Positions 12,241 through 26,430 of a DNA stretch of 63,932 nt are shown one piece after another. The notes below the pieces were generated by a model. The model did no database searches. It had not been told where the DNA came from and saw only the letters and a list, made by a program, of their open reading frames with translations. The stretch is taken from positions 8,193,283-8,257,214 of the forward strand of contig NC_068990.1 in NCBI RefSeq assembly GCF_001194135.2, given 5' to 3'. The DNA comes from Octopus bimaculoides (lineage: Eukaryota). Position numbers and translations under genes: made by a program. The first letter of the stretch is position 1, and each line of letters starts with the position of its first letter.

Positions 12241-12434
12241 CATTTTCTACTGCTTCATTCACCTCCCACTTTTTTTTTCTTTTTCTTTCTTTCCTTGGTG
12301 AGGTAATTATCTTTCTTTTTTTCTTTCTCGATAATATGACCTTTCATACTTTAAATGTTATTTTCCTTCTTTTCTTCCTGTCAAAACGACATCAGAAAAT
12401 TGGCTTGGCGTATCTTGCATATTTCTTCATGGCA

Positions 12435-12496
<62 letters not shown>

Positions 12497-12997
12497 CACG
12501 CTCATCTACACCACCACCACCACCACCACCAGTACTATCACTATTACTGGTGCTGCTGTTGTTGCAACTAACTATTGCTATTATTGATAATAATGAAAAC
12601 AATCGATATTTTTTTTCTAATTTTTGCTATTGACAAAGTATCGAAGAAATGCTGCTAAATACCAAGAGCAATTAAACAGGTGGCTTACTAAGACATGTGA
12701 AATGAGCTGAAAATAGGGGAAGGTGTGAGAAACGTTATGTAATAGAACGAATTACAAAATTATAAAACAAATTTTGGAAGAAAATAGATTACTAAAATTA
12801 TGATAAAACATAGTAAGATTATGATATGAATATAAAAGTTAAACACCCGTGTTCCATTGATCAGGGCACACTAGGTTCTTGATTTAGATTATAATATATT
12901 TTCCCCATTGATGGCTGTCCTTCCCAGGATATTTCATGTGGTGTGCTCATGTTATTGTAGGAAAGTGAGGTTCCAGAGCATCTGGATTCTTGAAACA

Positions 12998-13391
12998 TTG
13001 TTGTTGTTGGCACTCCGTCGCTTACAACGTCGAGAGTTCCAGTTGATCCCATAAACGGAACAGCCTGCTCGTGAAATTAACGTGCAAGTGGCTGAGCACT
13101 CCACAGACACGTGTACCCTTAACGTAGTTCTCGGGGATATTCAACATGACACAGTGTGACAAGGCTGACCCTTTGAAATACAGGTACAACAGAAACAGGA
13201 AGTAACAGTNNNNNNNNNNACAGGAAGTAACAGTGAGAGAAAGTTGTGGTTAAAGAGTACAGCAGGGTTCGCCACCATCCCCTTTTAGGTGTTTTCGCTC
13301 AATAAACACTCACAACGCCCGGTCTGGGAATCGAAACTACGATCCTATGACCGCGAGTCCACTGCCCTAACCACTGGGTCATTGCATCTCC
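12998..13391 (-). mobile_element. Full-length tRNA-derived SINE with (CAA)n tail
   Basis: Sense head GGAGATGCAA-TGACCCAGTGG (A box) and GTTTCGATTCCC (B box); ~400-bp body; ends GGAGTGCC(AAC)n. Contains a 10-N gap. Confidence 0.85.
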
Positions 13392-13504
13392 ATGCGGGGG
13401 GGGGGGCACCTACACACCAGTGAAAGCGACAAAAGTCTTGTATAATAACACGATCTTTTTATAATTAGATTTGCGATTCTAGGCCAGAATTTTCTATCAT
13501 CTAC

Positions 13505-13567
13505 AATCGAAACCGCGATCCTATGACCGAGAGTCCGCTGCCCAAACCACTGGCCCATTGCACCTCC
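13505..13567 (-). mobile_element. Isolated tRNA-like head of the same SINE family
   Basis: GGAGGTGCAATGGGCCAGTGGTTTGGGCAGCGGACTCTCGGTCATAGGATCGCGGTTTCGATT is close to 13330-13391 and stops at the B box. Confidence 0.8.
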
Positions 13568-13771
13568 ACTCTTGAAACATAACACTATCTCAAATGTAAA
13601 ATCCTATTTTACCGGTTGTGATGTTAACAGCAATAACGACAACAACAACGAGAACAGCAACAACAACAATAAGTACTCTTAAAAGTGCTGAAACAAGTGT
13701 CACATCACAATTTCAATAACACATTCTCCATTCTCCCCAACTATAGACTTCACGAAGTGTTTTATTTTATT

Positions 13772-14188
13772 GGTGGAGGATTGACTGTGTGATTAAGAAG
13801 CTCGCATTGTAGCCACATGGTTTCGGGATCAGTCCCACCTCGGCAAAGTTTAATTTGGCCCAGAACTAACCAGAAACTCTTCAATGAATTTCATAGCGAA
13901 TACTGTTCGCAAACCTGTCATACACACACATGCACGAGCGCGCACGCACACACACATACGCAAACACACGAACACACGTGCATATATGCATGAGTGTGTT
14001 TGCAGTTGTACCCTACTGCAAGCTCTGTTGGTTTACTCTTACGTTCTCGTAGCATAGCAGTTCGACAAAAGATGCCGACAGAATAAGAACCGGACTTACG
14101 AAAAAATAAAAACTGGGATAGATTTCTTACGTTAAACTTTTGAAGGTGAGGTGCCCAGTATGGCCGCAATAAAAGATTAAAGAAAGAA
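13772..14188 (+). mobile_element. Diverged tRNA-derived SINE with internal (CA)n/(TG)n tract and LINE-like tail
   Basis: Head ...TGACTGTGTGATTAAGAAGC...GGATCAGTCCCAC; central microsatellite; tail GGTGCCCAGTATGGCCGCA followed by an A-rich run. Confidence 0.65.
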
Positions 14189-14541
14189 CGATTAAAGATA
14201 TTTTGTTGCATAAATTTATAGATCTTCATAACAGTTTTTATCAAATTTTCGATACCGTCCAATGGTTCAGGGTGTAATTGTAGGATCTATTTCTTGGTTA
14301 AAAATCTTACGCTGAAGTATCTTGAAAGAGTTTCGCAGGTCATAGTTTCAAAGTGTTTACTATTTTGTTTATAATTATGATTTCCTGTCATATTTAAGGA
14401 TGAAAGGGAAACTTGTTTTAGATCTTTTTATTAGGCCGTTTAAGAAAATATCTTCCGGTCTTTCATCTCAGTGACAATTTACTTTCTTTCCATTTTCTCC
14501 TAAGGAATCAACGTTTCTAATGGGTCCCTCTCTTAATCTTC

Positions 14542-14617
14542 ACGTTTGAAAATGAACTCTACGTTTGAAAATGAACTCTACGTTTGAAAATGAACTCTAC
14601 GTTTGAAAATGAACACT
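14542..14617. repeat. 19-bp minisatellite x4 (ACGTTTGAAAATGAACTCT)
   Basis: Three perfect units and a fourth with one mismatch; no spacers. Confidence 0.95.
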
Positions 14618-14639
14618 AAGCGATCAGTCATGGGAGAGG

Positions 14640-15203
14640 AGAATATGATTGCATCTGTGTGATGGATTAAATCGACCCTAGTACTTTACTGGTATTTTAT
14701 TCTATCGATGCTAAGTGAATAAAAGGCGTAGTTATCCTCAATAAGATTTATACTCAAATCACAAAGAGTGAGAAGTAAATGTTCCTTTGTATTATAAGGA
14801 CAAGGAGTTAAATTTTGTGGGCGGAAGAGAGTCGATTATATTAAACACAATGATCGAGTGATACTTTTTTTATCGACTCCGAAACTATGAAAGATGGGCG
14901 GATTTTGAAGTCAAAATGTAAAAGACGGATGGAATGGCACTAATCATTTTGTCCGGCTTGCTAACGATTGTGCCAGCAGAAGTTAAATATTGATTTCAAA
15001 TTTTGGCGCAAGGCCAGCAGTTTTAGTTGAGGGGTTTAGCAGATAACATCGACAATAGTGCTTAACTGTAACTTATTTTATTGACCCCGAAAGGATGAAA
15101 GGGAAATTCGACCTCAGAGGAATTTGAAAGCAGAGAATGTGGATGGACGAAATGCCGCTACGCATTTTGCCCGGCATATTAAAGATTCTGCGAGGTCACC
15201 GCC
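14640..15203 (-). mobile_element. Three tandem copies or fragments of a second tRNA-derived SINE (central domain resembles Meta-SINE as I recall it)
   Basis: Repeats of atcgacc..tgct..ctggtactt.tttt.tcgacccc gaaaggatgaaagg at ~14640-14750, 14818-14978 and 14994-15203. The last has head GGCGGTGACCTCGCAGAATC and tail GGCCTTGCGCCAAAATTTGAAA. Confidence 0.75.
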
Positions 15204-16428
15204 CTATGCGGCAAGTAAATATTATAAGGCAATTGTTACGAAGTCTTCAAGGTCAGGTTGAAATATATTATAATTCATTAAAAAATCGAATCAACAAAAA
15301 ATACTAATATAGAAGGATGAAAAAGATACAGAAACAGCATGTTCCTCGATAGGAAACATGAAACTGGAAAAGAAGTATTTGAATCACAGAACTTGCTGGA
15401 AAGTGCATACGGTAGTGAGGAAAGGATATTTTCTAATAGTCAAATCAAATATGTGAATGATTTCCATATAACACCTATCTCATGTCCTCCATACTTTGTA
15501 TTCTTTATGAAGGTCAAAATTGTTTAAGGTTACCGTTAATATTACACTTAAGATTTTTCAATTTACTATTACAGTTTTTCATGAGAAAATGCTGTAAAGA
15601 ATTTTTTATTCTCTCTATATATATTCTGACCTGTTAAGTGATGTTTATCGGTTAACTTATACTTAGAAGACAATTGTTTAAGTAAATTACAAACTCTTAT
15701 TTTAAAAATTGTTTATGCATAAACCACTTTATTTTATCTTCTCAAATAGATTATAATAGTGTAACACAGCATTATTCTTCGCAAACAGTTATGCATTTAC
15801 AATAAAATTGTATTGATACAATCTCTAAAATGTACATAAAACTGTTTAGCGCAAAAATGAATTTGTGAAATTGCTTATTTTCCAAAGTAATCATTAATAT
15901 TGAATATCAGTACATTCCTTTTTGACCTTCAAAGCACATAGTTCCTGGAAGCACTAATGGAGATGCAATGGCTTTGGTATCTTATATATTAATAGGAATG
16001 TTTTTGTTTTAATCAAATACTGCCCAAACCTGTTAAATAAGAAAGCAAGTTACAGTAGATATGTTATAGAACTGTAGACGATTCCCGCATTCATTTACGT
16101 AGGACTGTATAAGTATGACACATTACCAATGTAAACTGATTTGAAAAGTATGGTTTAGCGACCTATGAGATATCCTATCTTTGATATGGACGAAAAAAAC
16201 TCGGATACCTGATCTGTATGCGAATGAAAAAGTTCATGAAAGTTCCTTTCGAATAAAGCCAGTGAGAAATCAAAGTAGTTGTAGCCGATTTGTAAAGATC
16301 TTTTTGAGGTTTTTGAAGGATGACCTGGTAGATATATAACTGGCTTGTGAAGCAAATTCAATTTTCCGCAATGATAGATTGAGATTTCGCGTCTTTCTAT
16401 GCTTCATTTAGAGAGAAAGAAATAAGAC

Positions 16429-16473
<45 letters not shown>

Positions 16474-18581
16474 ATGTGCGTGACCGGGTAAATGTGAGTG
16501 ACTTTTACATATCCACATATGTTTATGTGTGTGGAACACGAAGTGAAGTGGGGTTTTGTAATGACGGGCGATGGGTAAATTGAATAAAGCGAGACCATAT
16601 GCAAAATTATACTTGTCGATTTCGTCAAATGTTATGAATATCGCTCTAGCAGCACTTTGTTAATAGTATTTTAACATCTATATGAAGTTCCCTTTATACT
16701 TTCATCTTTCCAATTTCATTACTCATTGTAATCTATCCATTGTACCAACGTTTGATGAACGTGGTCTTTAATAGCATTGGAGTTATTGTTCATAAATTGT
16801 CAGAGTTGGTGTATTTCACTTTATATGTCAAAGCGGGTATCGATAATTACTCTCCGTTTTCATGAATATGCAACTGAATAAAAATCTATCGATGGTAAAT
16901 GCAGAGATCTATTAATTACAAGAGATGACAAAGAACTACAATCATTTAACTGGAAATAATCTTGATCAGAGCGTCTCGTGTCAATAGTTTCAAAACATCT
17001 TCTAAAACGTTATCTGAAGAATAGCTACATGTTAATGTATCTAGTTCCTCATAAACGCTGGGGTTTTTTTTTTAATGAATAATGAAACAAACAACGAACT
17101 GTCAACGAGAAACGAGTGGAAGAATAAATGCTCATCCATTTCCCACGAGCAATCATGATGGGCACGAAGTTATACAAGAAACAAAATTGCACTGTGCTCA
17201 AAACACCCCATCATCCTAAGTTTTGCTCTATATTCGTTATTTCTGGCTGCGTAAAAATTAATATGATTTTTTAAAATGCAAAGACCGACCCACTGTTGTA
17301 AATGTTTATACAACGATCATAGCAAAAAAAGCTGACATCTATTATTCTGTGTGCATAAAAATTATACTGGATATACTTGTTAAATAACGACCAAAACTTG
17401 CATTTATTCCGAAAACAACGAGGTTTTGAATTCAACCATTGAACCTGTGAAGCGTAAATGAAGCTATTAAATTGTCACTTATTCGATATTTTGTATATGT
17501 ATGTTACTTGTGTGGCAATTCGCAGGGGCTATCAAAATTGGATGTTGTAATGGGCATGATTCCATCACACAAATACTTCTAATGATTATTTGGTGATTAC
17601 ATATTACTGGTGGTAATATATATTATTAAGAGTAACTAGATGAGAAATATAAATATGCAAAATTGCATAAAGAGTTTTGGTATTTTTGAGAGATTATATG
17701 GTTTCTACTCTAAGCAAAAATAAGAAGAGTATTTTTGTTTGATGGTCTCTTTGATTCTAATTCAAATTACACAATAAAATATTTGTCCAAATTTTTGTCC
17801 GATAAAAAACCTTCGATAATTGTTTCTCTGACCACATTTTTCATAACGATGACGAAATTGAAAATATGAAATATTCAATCAGATAAATACAGAAAATCTA
17901 AATGTACCCATGTCAGTAGCGTTCATTGTGACCACAGTTTTCGAATCATGTCTGTGGCTTTCGTCCATGTCTATAGGAAAACTATAATACCAGATCTACC
18001 AATGCTAACAAGAAGATAAGAGTTTCATTGAGATTTCACATTTAGTATGTATTTTATGAACATGAAAGTTATGCAATAATTTATGTACGGTACAATATCA
18101 AAATTGATGCTAGAACTTAATTCTTGAAAATAAGCCTCATAAAAATATCTGCGGAAACTAAACATTTTAACTATTGTCTCAAGTCAGCATTACAACTATT
18201 TTTATGAAACAGAAAATAGTAACACATTATTATAGAAAGATATGGAAGACTACCCACAATGGATATATATTAAAATATTTACTGTTCCAATTATACATGA
18301 TGTAGCTTTGCTACAAGAGAGCAAAACTGAAGTATCTGACGAAATGTCCTGCGATTGGTTGGATTATTGATCAGTCTCGATTTTGAGTAAAATTTAAATG
18401 TCTTATGATACTTATTCTGTAGGAATTTCATTCTGTGGAATAACAAAACTTTATTTCCGTATATTTCTCGTGTATTTTCAGCTGACACCTTTTTCTATCT
18501 ATCTAATTATCTATCTATCTATGTATCTAATTATCTACCATTGTTTCTGTCATTTTACATTTTCTTTCTCTCTCCCTCTGT

Positions 18582-18742
<161 letters not shown>

Positions 18743-19519
18743 ATAGCAATATTGACTGTTTGGCTGAGCTGTTTTACTGTAGTATATTGCGATACCTTCG
18801 CTAGTCGGTACAATACTTGTGCCAGCATTACACATAAACATCACTCGTCTACATTTTCTACTCATTTGAACCACTGTTGGCAGGAATCATTCCTCAGCTG
18901 TTCAAAAATGTTATCATTGTCATTTATATACACCAACTCGCTCACTTGCTCCCTTAGGTACTGATGCACGCACTCGCGAACGGACTCACTAACGAACGCA
19001 CTCTTTCACGCACACACCCAGACACCAACTCACTCTCTATATAACGTACTTCTGCTCTTAATCAACTTATCTATATGCATCTTTGCTCGGTATCTCTCTA
19101 ACCTCCAGTTTCTATTATTCCGATAATAGACAAATAACTGTCTGGGCTATTGTAAATTTATTGATCAAAATTTCTCTCGCGAATAGATTCGCAAGAGTTG
19201 GTTGAGCTAACGTATCTACCTAATTACTAAGCAGGTATGTATGTGGTTTCTTCATTCCAGACGGCAAGAGTTCGGTTAGTAACAAGCAAACAAACAAAAT
19301 ATATGTGGTAGTGTAATTGTTAGTGTCACCTGCTCCTAAGTATCTGTAATCAGTTTTCGTACAATTTCCATTCAAGGTGGTAATATGTTATTTCAAAATT
19401 ATTGAGAAAAGATTTCCTAGCATATAAATAGATGTAGAAACACAAGCATGCATACAAATTTTGTGGGAGCGTGAATATATATATGCTTTATATATGTATG
19501 TATGTATGTAAGCATAGAA

Positions 19520-19555
<36 letters not shown>

Positions 19556-20741
19556 ATTATATGTATATGTAAATATATGTATTTATGTGAATGTATATAT
19601 GTATATATCCACATACGTAGGTATATACATGCTTACATGCATACACACACACATATATATGTGTGTGTATATATATATGTATATACATGCTAGGTTGGAG
19701 GATTATTTCTTATGCGTAATTAGGAATTGAAAACATGCATAAAAAGAAAATTAACATATTAAAGTAGTTTACTGCATTCCTTTTTACATTATCTTGCTCA
19801 GAACGTTATGTGTAAGTAAATGAATGCCAATCAACAAATATGGTATCACTGACAGTTGTGATGACAATGATCGGTGGAGAAGCTGTCGATTACATATCCA
19901 TGGCTGGCAAACAAGACAAATGTAGGGCCTCCAGCATTTGCTATGAATAATGCGATGATGCCACAGGATTAATGATAATTACAGAAAAATCTAATGTATC
20001 ACCAAAATTAGGAATTACATTTTCAAACCTGCGATTAAAATGTCTCGTTTTATCAACAAACTTGGGCCTCTTCGATTTACTCTCATCATTCTAGTTAAGT
20101 GCACAAGCTTTCTTCCTTATATGAATATGAACGTAAACAAGCTCAAATATATACCCAGCCCACGCCCATACATACAGGCGTGCAAATATAAACGTAAACA
20201 TAAATAATGTACGCAAACTATCAAAACAGCAAACTTTTGTTTTTTTTTTATTTCGATTAAGTAAAATAAAAAAAAATTGAAAATAAAACTAAATTTGCCN
20301 NNNNNNNNNCGTTTTAATCTCATTAAAAGTGCAGGCTATCTGGATTGATTTTGTTTAAGTCACGTTTTATATACATATGTAAAGCACCTCAAAATTTTCA
20401 GATTACGTCACTGAAGTAGTCCTATCATTCCGTGGGATGGCTTCAGTATGTAAAATAAGTAAAATAAAACACATTTGTTACGCATGAGAGGTCCAAAAAC
20501 ATTTCATATCCAATACAAAATGTTTCCATATCCGTATACGACGACTGAGTTTATTATATTAAAAGTTCTCAATTTGGAAAATATTATCATATATCAAATA
20601 ACATACGTTATACAAAAGAATGCTTACAAAATAATATGTATAGAAATCAAAATTCACATGTATCCACAGCCAACTTGATACATCACTTAAGTCTGACTAA
20701 AAAACAATTAACTGTGGGATATATCTATATTTATACCCTTG

Positions 20742-20803
<62 letters not shown>

Positions 20804-22369
20804 ATCTGTCTATATGTTGTATATATACGTGTGTTTGTTTCGTGTGTGTGTGTTCGATTACGAGAAACAGTATGCTTAATGTGTACCAATACATAGGAAA
20901 CTTATCTGTTCATTGTTAATTAAAACTGATAATCTCATTCAAGTTAGGGACTTGGCCTTTGATTGTATTCACCAATTTGATTAATATGTCATTTCACATT
21001 ATGTATAAATCATAAGTAGTAAATACCTTTTGGCAATATTCTCAAATAAAAGCAAATCAAATTCGTTTATTCTGTGAAATATATTTCGTTTATCAATCAT
21101 GGTTTTATGACTCATATCTCTTCTGTTATTGAGATTTTAGGAAACTGCTTACATCAAACCATATCAAATTTTACTGTAAAATGAAACTGATCAAACATTA
21201 ACCTACTCAATATGTGCGTTTTAAAAAAACTAATGCCGTAATTATTTTACCACACTCATTCGTGTGAAACAAAGATTCAGCAATTTAAAGGAATACAAAT
21301 TTACAGGTGAATAAAATGAATTTATGGGACATTAGTTGAAATAAGTGCTACTTGTAAGAAACAGGTGTTGATGAATGTTCACGAAAGTATTGTGTACCCA
21401 TTTACTTCTTGATTTATTTTTGCTCAATATGTTCCCATATTACAAATCTATCATTTCTTGAGCTTTCTCTCTTTTTCCACAAACAGACACAGACGCACAA
21501 ACACACACACATTCTCTGTCTGTCTTTCTCTCTCTGTCTTTCTCTCTCTCTCTCTATCTATCTGTTTATCTTTCTCTCTCTATCCCTATGTCTTTCTTTC
21601 ACTCTCTTTCTCTCTCTCACTCACATGCAAAAATGCACGCATATATGTCGTGTAAATTCAATAAATATCAAAGAAAAAGAAGAAACCATGATGAAGAACC
21701 TTTGACAAGCGTGGTATTAATTTAATACTTAAGAATTTGAATTGAGAAATTCCAATGATTCGAACGTTAGACTTTAGAAATTAAAAAAATTTAAAAACTA
21801 AATAGAAAAGTATAGGAACAGAGAGGGAAGCAAACATATTTGGAGTATTAAAGAAAATAGTAATTTTTGTTATAAAACACATTACAAAAGAAGATATATT
21901 TCTTACCCACCACCCCAAAAAAACCTAATGGAAAGAATGCAGAAGGGAGGCGGATTAACCACAGAATCATACTCTTCTATATATGAGTAGAGAAGACAGA
22001 GAGGGGCAGGTATACCAGCGTCTGTATATCTGAGTGTATTTGTGTCTGGAAGCGGACATTAGGACAACTGTATACGTGCGTGTGGGTGTGTAGTAGTATA
22101 TCTTAATACATGTTTGCAAGAATGGAACTATTGCAGCGTTTGTTTATGGGATAAGTGGATATTACTGTATATACATGGTAGCGTTAAAGTGTCTGAGGAT
22201 GTGAGAGTGTGTGTCGTGGAATAAAGATGCAGAAGAAGCACAGGAGATGAAAATAGTAAGGAAAAACATAAAGAATTGAATTTATGCGTGTGCAAATGAG
22301 TAAACTCAGACATATATGGATGGAAAAGTGTTTTTTCAAAACGCGTGGCTGAGAAACACAGACAGAATC

Positions 22370-22500
22370 GTACTAAACTCGGAAAAGATCGATAAATTTT
22401 CAAAAAAAAAATGGTTAAGAGAGTTCAGAAAGTCGGTACAATCTATTAAAAGAGGTGATATATTGATAATACAAGATGAAAACAAGACTTTAACTACACA
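22370..22500 (+). mobile_element. Possible BEL/Pao LTR-retrotransposon integrase C-terminal (DUF5641-like) relic
   Basis: IDKFSKKKWLREFRKSVQSIKRGDILIIQDENK resembles the FWxRWxxEYL...GDxVLIxDEN motif; short and isolated. Confidence 0.4.
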
Positions 22501-24486
22501 AGTACTGTTGGAAGAACGAAAATTTGTACACACATACATCCTTATCTAACAACGTATATTAGTTGCTATCAGATTATAACACTAACATATTTATGTATTT
22601 TTTAAGTTATAGCAAAATATACACTCACTGAATCTGTTATGGTGTTTTATTCTAAGCTGCTATCACATTAAATTTCACGCAATGTAAATTAAGAAATTTA
22701 TATCAATATCACAATAAGAGTCGATATGAAAATCCTTACTATGGTCCTTATTCATACCACTTTCCTAAAAAAGTGTGTCTATTAGCATATGTTGGCAAAG
22801 TCAGTTAAGCTTTCACGTTGCACGGATTAACAACTACTTGATATAGAAATATTTCTAGAAATAGAGATACAATTCTACATTATATCCAGAACTATCGTGA
22901 AACTTGCTCTCTATTTTGATGTATCTGATTTTGTAGTATTGTAGACAAATTATTTTCATGAAATTTTCCAGTTGGTTGTCAGTAATGGTTTTATGAAGTA
23001 AAATATATCCTTCAGAAAATTGGTAGCGTATTGCATGGTATGTTTCCAGGTGTTTGCTATAATAAATAGATGCAGCTGGCAGGAAATTATACTGAATATA
23101 TGGCTTGAGGTACTAATATATAACGTGGCAACTTAGTAACTTCAGTCAATCTTTTAATTCTTTTTTAAAATGTTTCCTTTTATCTTCAACTTTATTATAA
23201 TTCAACGTGTTCATTCAAGCCACATTATTACTATACTTATTATTGTGCTCTTTCGGGGCACTTTACATTCTTAAACTCTCCTTTATATTTTCCATTATAG
23301 ATTTTAGAATATTTCAAACTTTATATTAACGATAACATAGTCCAAGTCATAACCCATGCCCTGTGTTATTTATGTTACAGTATACACGCATTATCATTGA
23401 ATATTGTTATTTGTAAAGAATGTTTATAGCCATGACAGTTACTTTATCGATTCGGTTAATTGTTCGACGTTCTAAAACACCATGAAGGCTTATCAGATCT
23501 GTTCTTCATGCAAATACTCAGTATTTGACTTTATGAAATTAACGACAATCAAATAACATTGATATTTGGCATTTTTGGTTCTGACTATACCTTACATCGA
23601 AATGCCTAAATACGTTTTCGTAAAATCTGTTTCAGCAGATGAAATTCTAATTAAGTTTATCTTACTTACAAATAAATGGAAATCACTATCATTTATCAAC
23701 AAAATGTTGGTGTTACATTGTCATAAAAACTAAAACACAACTAATATAAAATAGATATTTTTGCAGTAAATATTCGCTGCTCTTCAATAGAAACAGGAAA
23801 TTAAATATACCCGTAACTCAGATTTAATATTCAAATTAAAAATTAAGATACATTTTCCAAAAACATCTAAAACATTGTACGTTTTGTTTAGTATTTAAAT
23901 ACAAATATTCATTTTATAATGTTTGCATAAAAGGAGGGATATGTGTGAGTATAGTGTGAGTTGATAAAATCATAATTTTTATGTTTCTGTTTCCTACATA
24001 TTTTTAAATTCTAAGTTGTTACTTTTTTTATTTGGAAGGCTTTGATGATAGAAAGTTCAAAAGAAAACTGATTCAATAATAAAAAGCGCATATTTGTAAT
24101 AAACATGTTTATAATTCTTTATAAAGCGTATATGCTCAGCTAATAAAAGAGAGTGGATATTATAAAATATCAGAAAAATATTTCTGGCTTATTTCGATGA
24201 AACTCCTCGTTTAAAATTACACCTGTACATATCAACATGTAAACATAAAACAAACGCTTACACACACACCTTCCATAAATGGAATGTTATTGTCACAAAA
24301 CTTGCTGAGAAATTGAGTGCATGACGTAGATTTAAAACAGTACTACGAATTCATGGCTTCAGCTAAATATTTCCTTTTTTTCTGCTTAACTATGAAAAGT
24401 ATCTGTAAAAATCAGTTTCTCTACCTACATGTCTCTCTTTCAATCTATCAATCTGTTTTTCTATCAATTTATCTATCTCCATACAG

Positions 24487-24562
<76 letters not shown>
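24487..24562. repeat. (ATCT)n tetranucleotide microsatellite
   Basis: Directly visible; similar tracts at 20745-20800 and 44066-44232. Confidence 0.95.
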
Positions 24563-26380
24563 CTGATCTGGACGGATGCTAGTCNNNNNNNNNNTATGTA
24601 CGTGTGTGTGTGAATATGTATGTATGTATGTATGAATGTATGTATGTATGTATGTATGTATACGCATGTAGTAGTAGTTCTCTCGCCGCAAGGAACACAT
24701 AACAAGAACAATTTCCGATATGACCTGAATGTTATTTTAGGCCGAGCGGTTTGAATTAGTCACCGTCACGTTTTCATATAGCAATTTAACAGTTTATTTA
24801 AATCTAACTCAAATGCTTGCTATCTTTAATATGTTCGCTATTACATCTATATATAAATATTTAACTCTAAGGATCTTCAAGTTTCGTATGTTTGCACAAA
24901 TAACCTCACTCTTCAGTCTTATCAAATCACATAGAACACTTACAAAGCTAATTGTACTGAACTGACAGTGCAGCACTCAAATTATGAAATGAATTCATGA
25001 AACAGAAAAGAGACCGGGAAGAAATATACTAAATACGGGATTGGTATGTTTGATACAGCTACGAGGTTTCAGTAAACATTAATAACAGTGTAGTATCACA
25101 GACAGAATGTCTTTGTACCTTTCTTCGCTTCATCAGGTCTAATCTCGGTCTACATACCATGATAAAAGGATTAACTATATAAAAAATACGATCCAATGCG
25201 CAAGTTATTCATACCAGAAACAAAGCTTCTTCACGAATTTATATTATAGAATCTTGAATAATTAAATGTATTTCAGTCATGGATACCTATGCATCGTATG
25301 CACATCCGGACATACCGAAATGCACAAGCTCAGACGCAAAACAATTCAGAGGTGTGTGCGCGCACACCTGTGTGTATATGTGTGGCTATATGTACGTGTG
25401 TGTTAGCAAACGTGTGTGTGTTAGCCCGTGTATTATAGTAAATTCTTTACACTATTTTATTTCACAACTAGTATATTATTTTACAAACGAACATATAAGA
25501 TTATATTATCTTCTAAACGATGCTTAAATTCTTAGAATTGTAAAATCTAATCATTTCGAAGCACTAAGAATTCTCATTTTGAATATGATTTTTCTTCAAA
25601 CATTATTTTCTTGGTTTCCCATATAAATACTTACCCTGCGCTTTCCTAAAATGAATGCAAGGTTAGTTTTCACTGAATGTGACTTGCCAGTCTTTCTTGC
25701 ACTCGTACAAGTTTTGCCAGTATGAGGTTGGTACAAGCTTATGCGAACGTTGAAACACATCGTACATTTTTATATGAAACTTATGCAAGTCGTGTTAAAT
25801 TATTTATTTGCCGAATCTTTTCTATTCGAGGGTTTGTTTCTGTTATTTCAGAAATAGCGAACTGTTTAAAAAATGCTACCAAAGACGATTTTCCATATAT
25901 CTCTTTACTGTTCTCTTTGCCAGAATATTTACTCCTTTCTGTCATAGCACAATAACATAGTTTTAATAAAAAAAAAAAGGCCGTCGTTGCTTTGTACCGA
26001 AAAGATTAAAAGGACTTGAAAAGGAGGTACATGTGCATGATAAATACTATATAGTTCAAAACGAATGATAAAGGCATTGTATTTGAAATGATAAAAAAAA
26101 AGAATATTGAACTGAATATAAGAATATAGATTATATAATATATAAAGATTTATACGATGCACTTCGTTCCATTAAACTACAATTGACTTCAGTAATGAAA
26201 AATGTATACAGCATTGATTATTGCTAGACTGCTCTCTTTATTACAACAGAATACATCCGAACGAACGGTTGCCTATATACATGCACGTCCCGCTCTGCCA
26301 AGCACACTCATATGCATTATATATGTATTTATGCATGCATGTATGCACATACGTATGTATATAAATACATATGGAAGGAT

Positions 26381-26430
26381 GTGACCCAGCATGGCCACGG
26401 TCAAGTGACTGAATAAAGTAAAAGTATAAA
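26381..26430 (+). mobile_element. SINE/LINE 3' tail fragment
   Basis: GTGACCCAGCATGGCCACGGTCAAGTGACTGAATAAAGTAAAAG shares CCCAGCATGGCCAC with the LINE tail at 53640-53690. Confidence 0.7.

Noticed and set aside
13196-13234. Duplicated ACAGGAAGTAACAGT
   Set aside because: It flanks a 10-N gap, so it is most likely unmerged contig overlap.
13330-13391. tRNA genes at SINE heads (also 29575-29646)
   Set aside because: A and B boxes are present but there is no complete cloverleaf or acceptor stem, and they continue into SINE bodies.
14542-14617. CRISPR-like direct repeats
   Set aside because: Head-to-tail units with no spacers in a eukaryotic context; this is a minisatellite.
19800-20040. Possible transporter-like peptide CGIIALFIANAGGPTFVLF (-)
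   Set aside because: Bounded by stops, with no usable splice sites and no convincing motif.
25120-25145. CTGATGA on the minus strand
   Set aside because: No stem II or GAAA in register.
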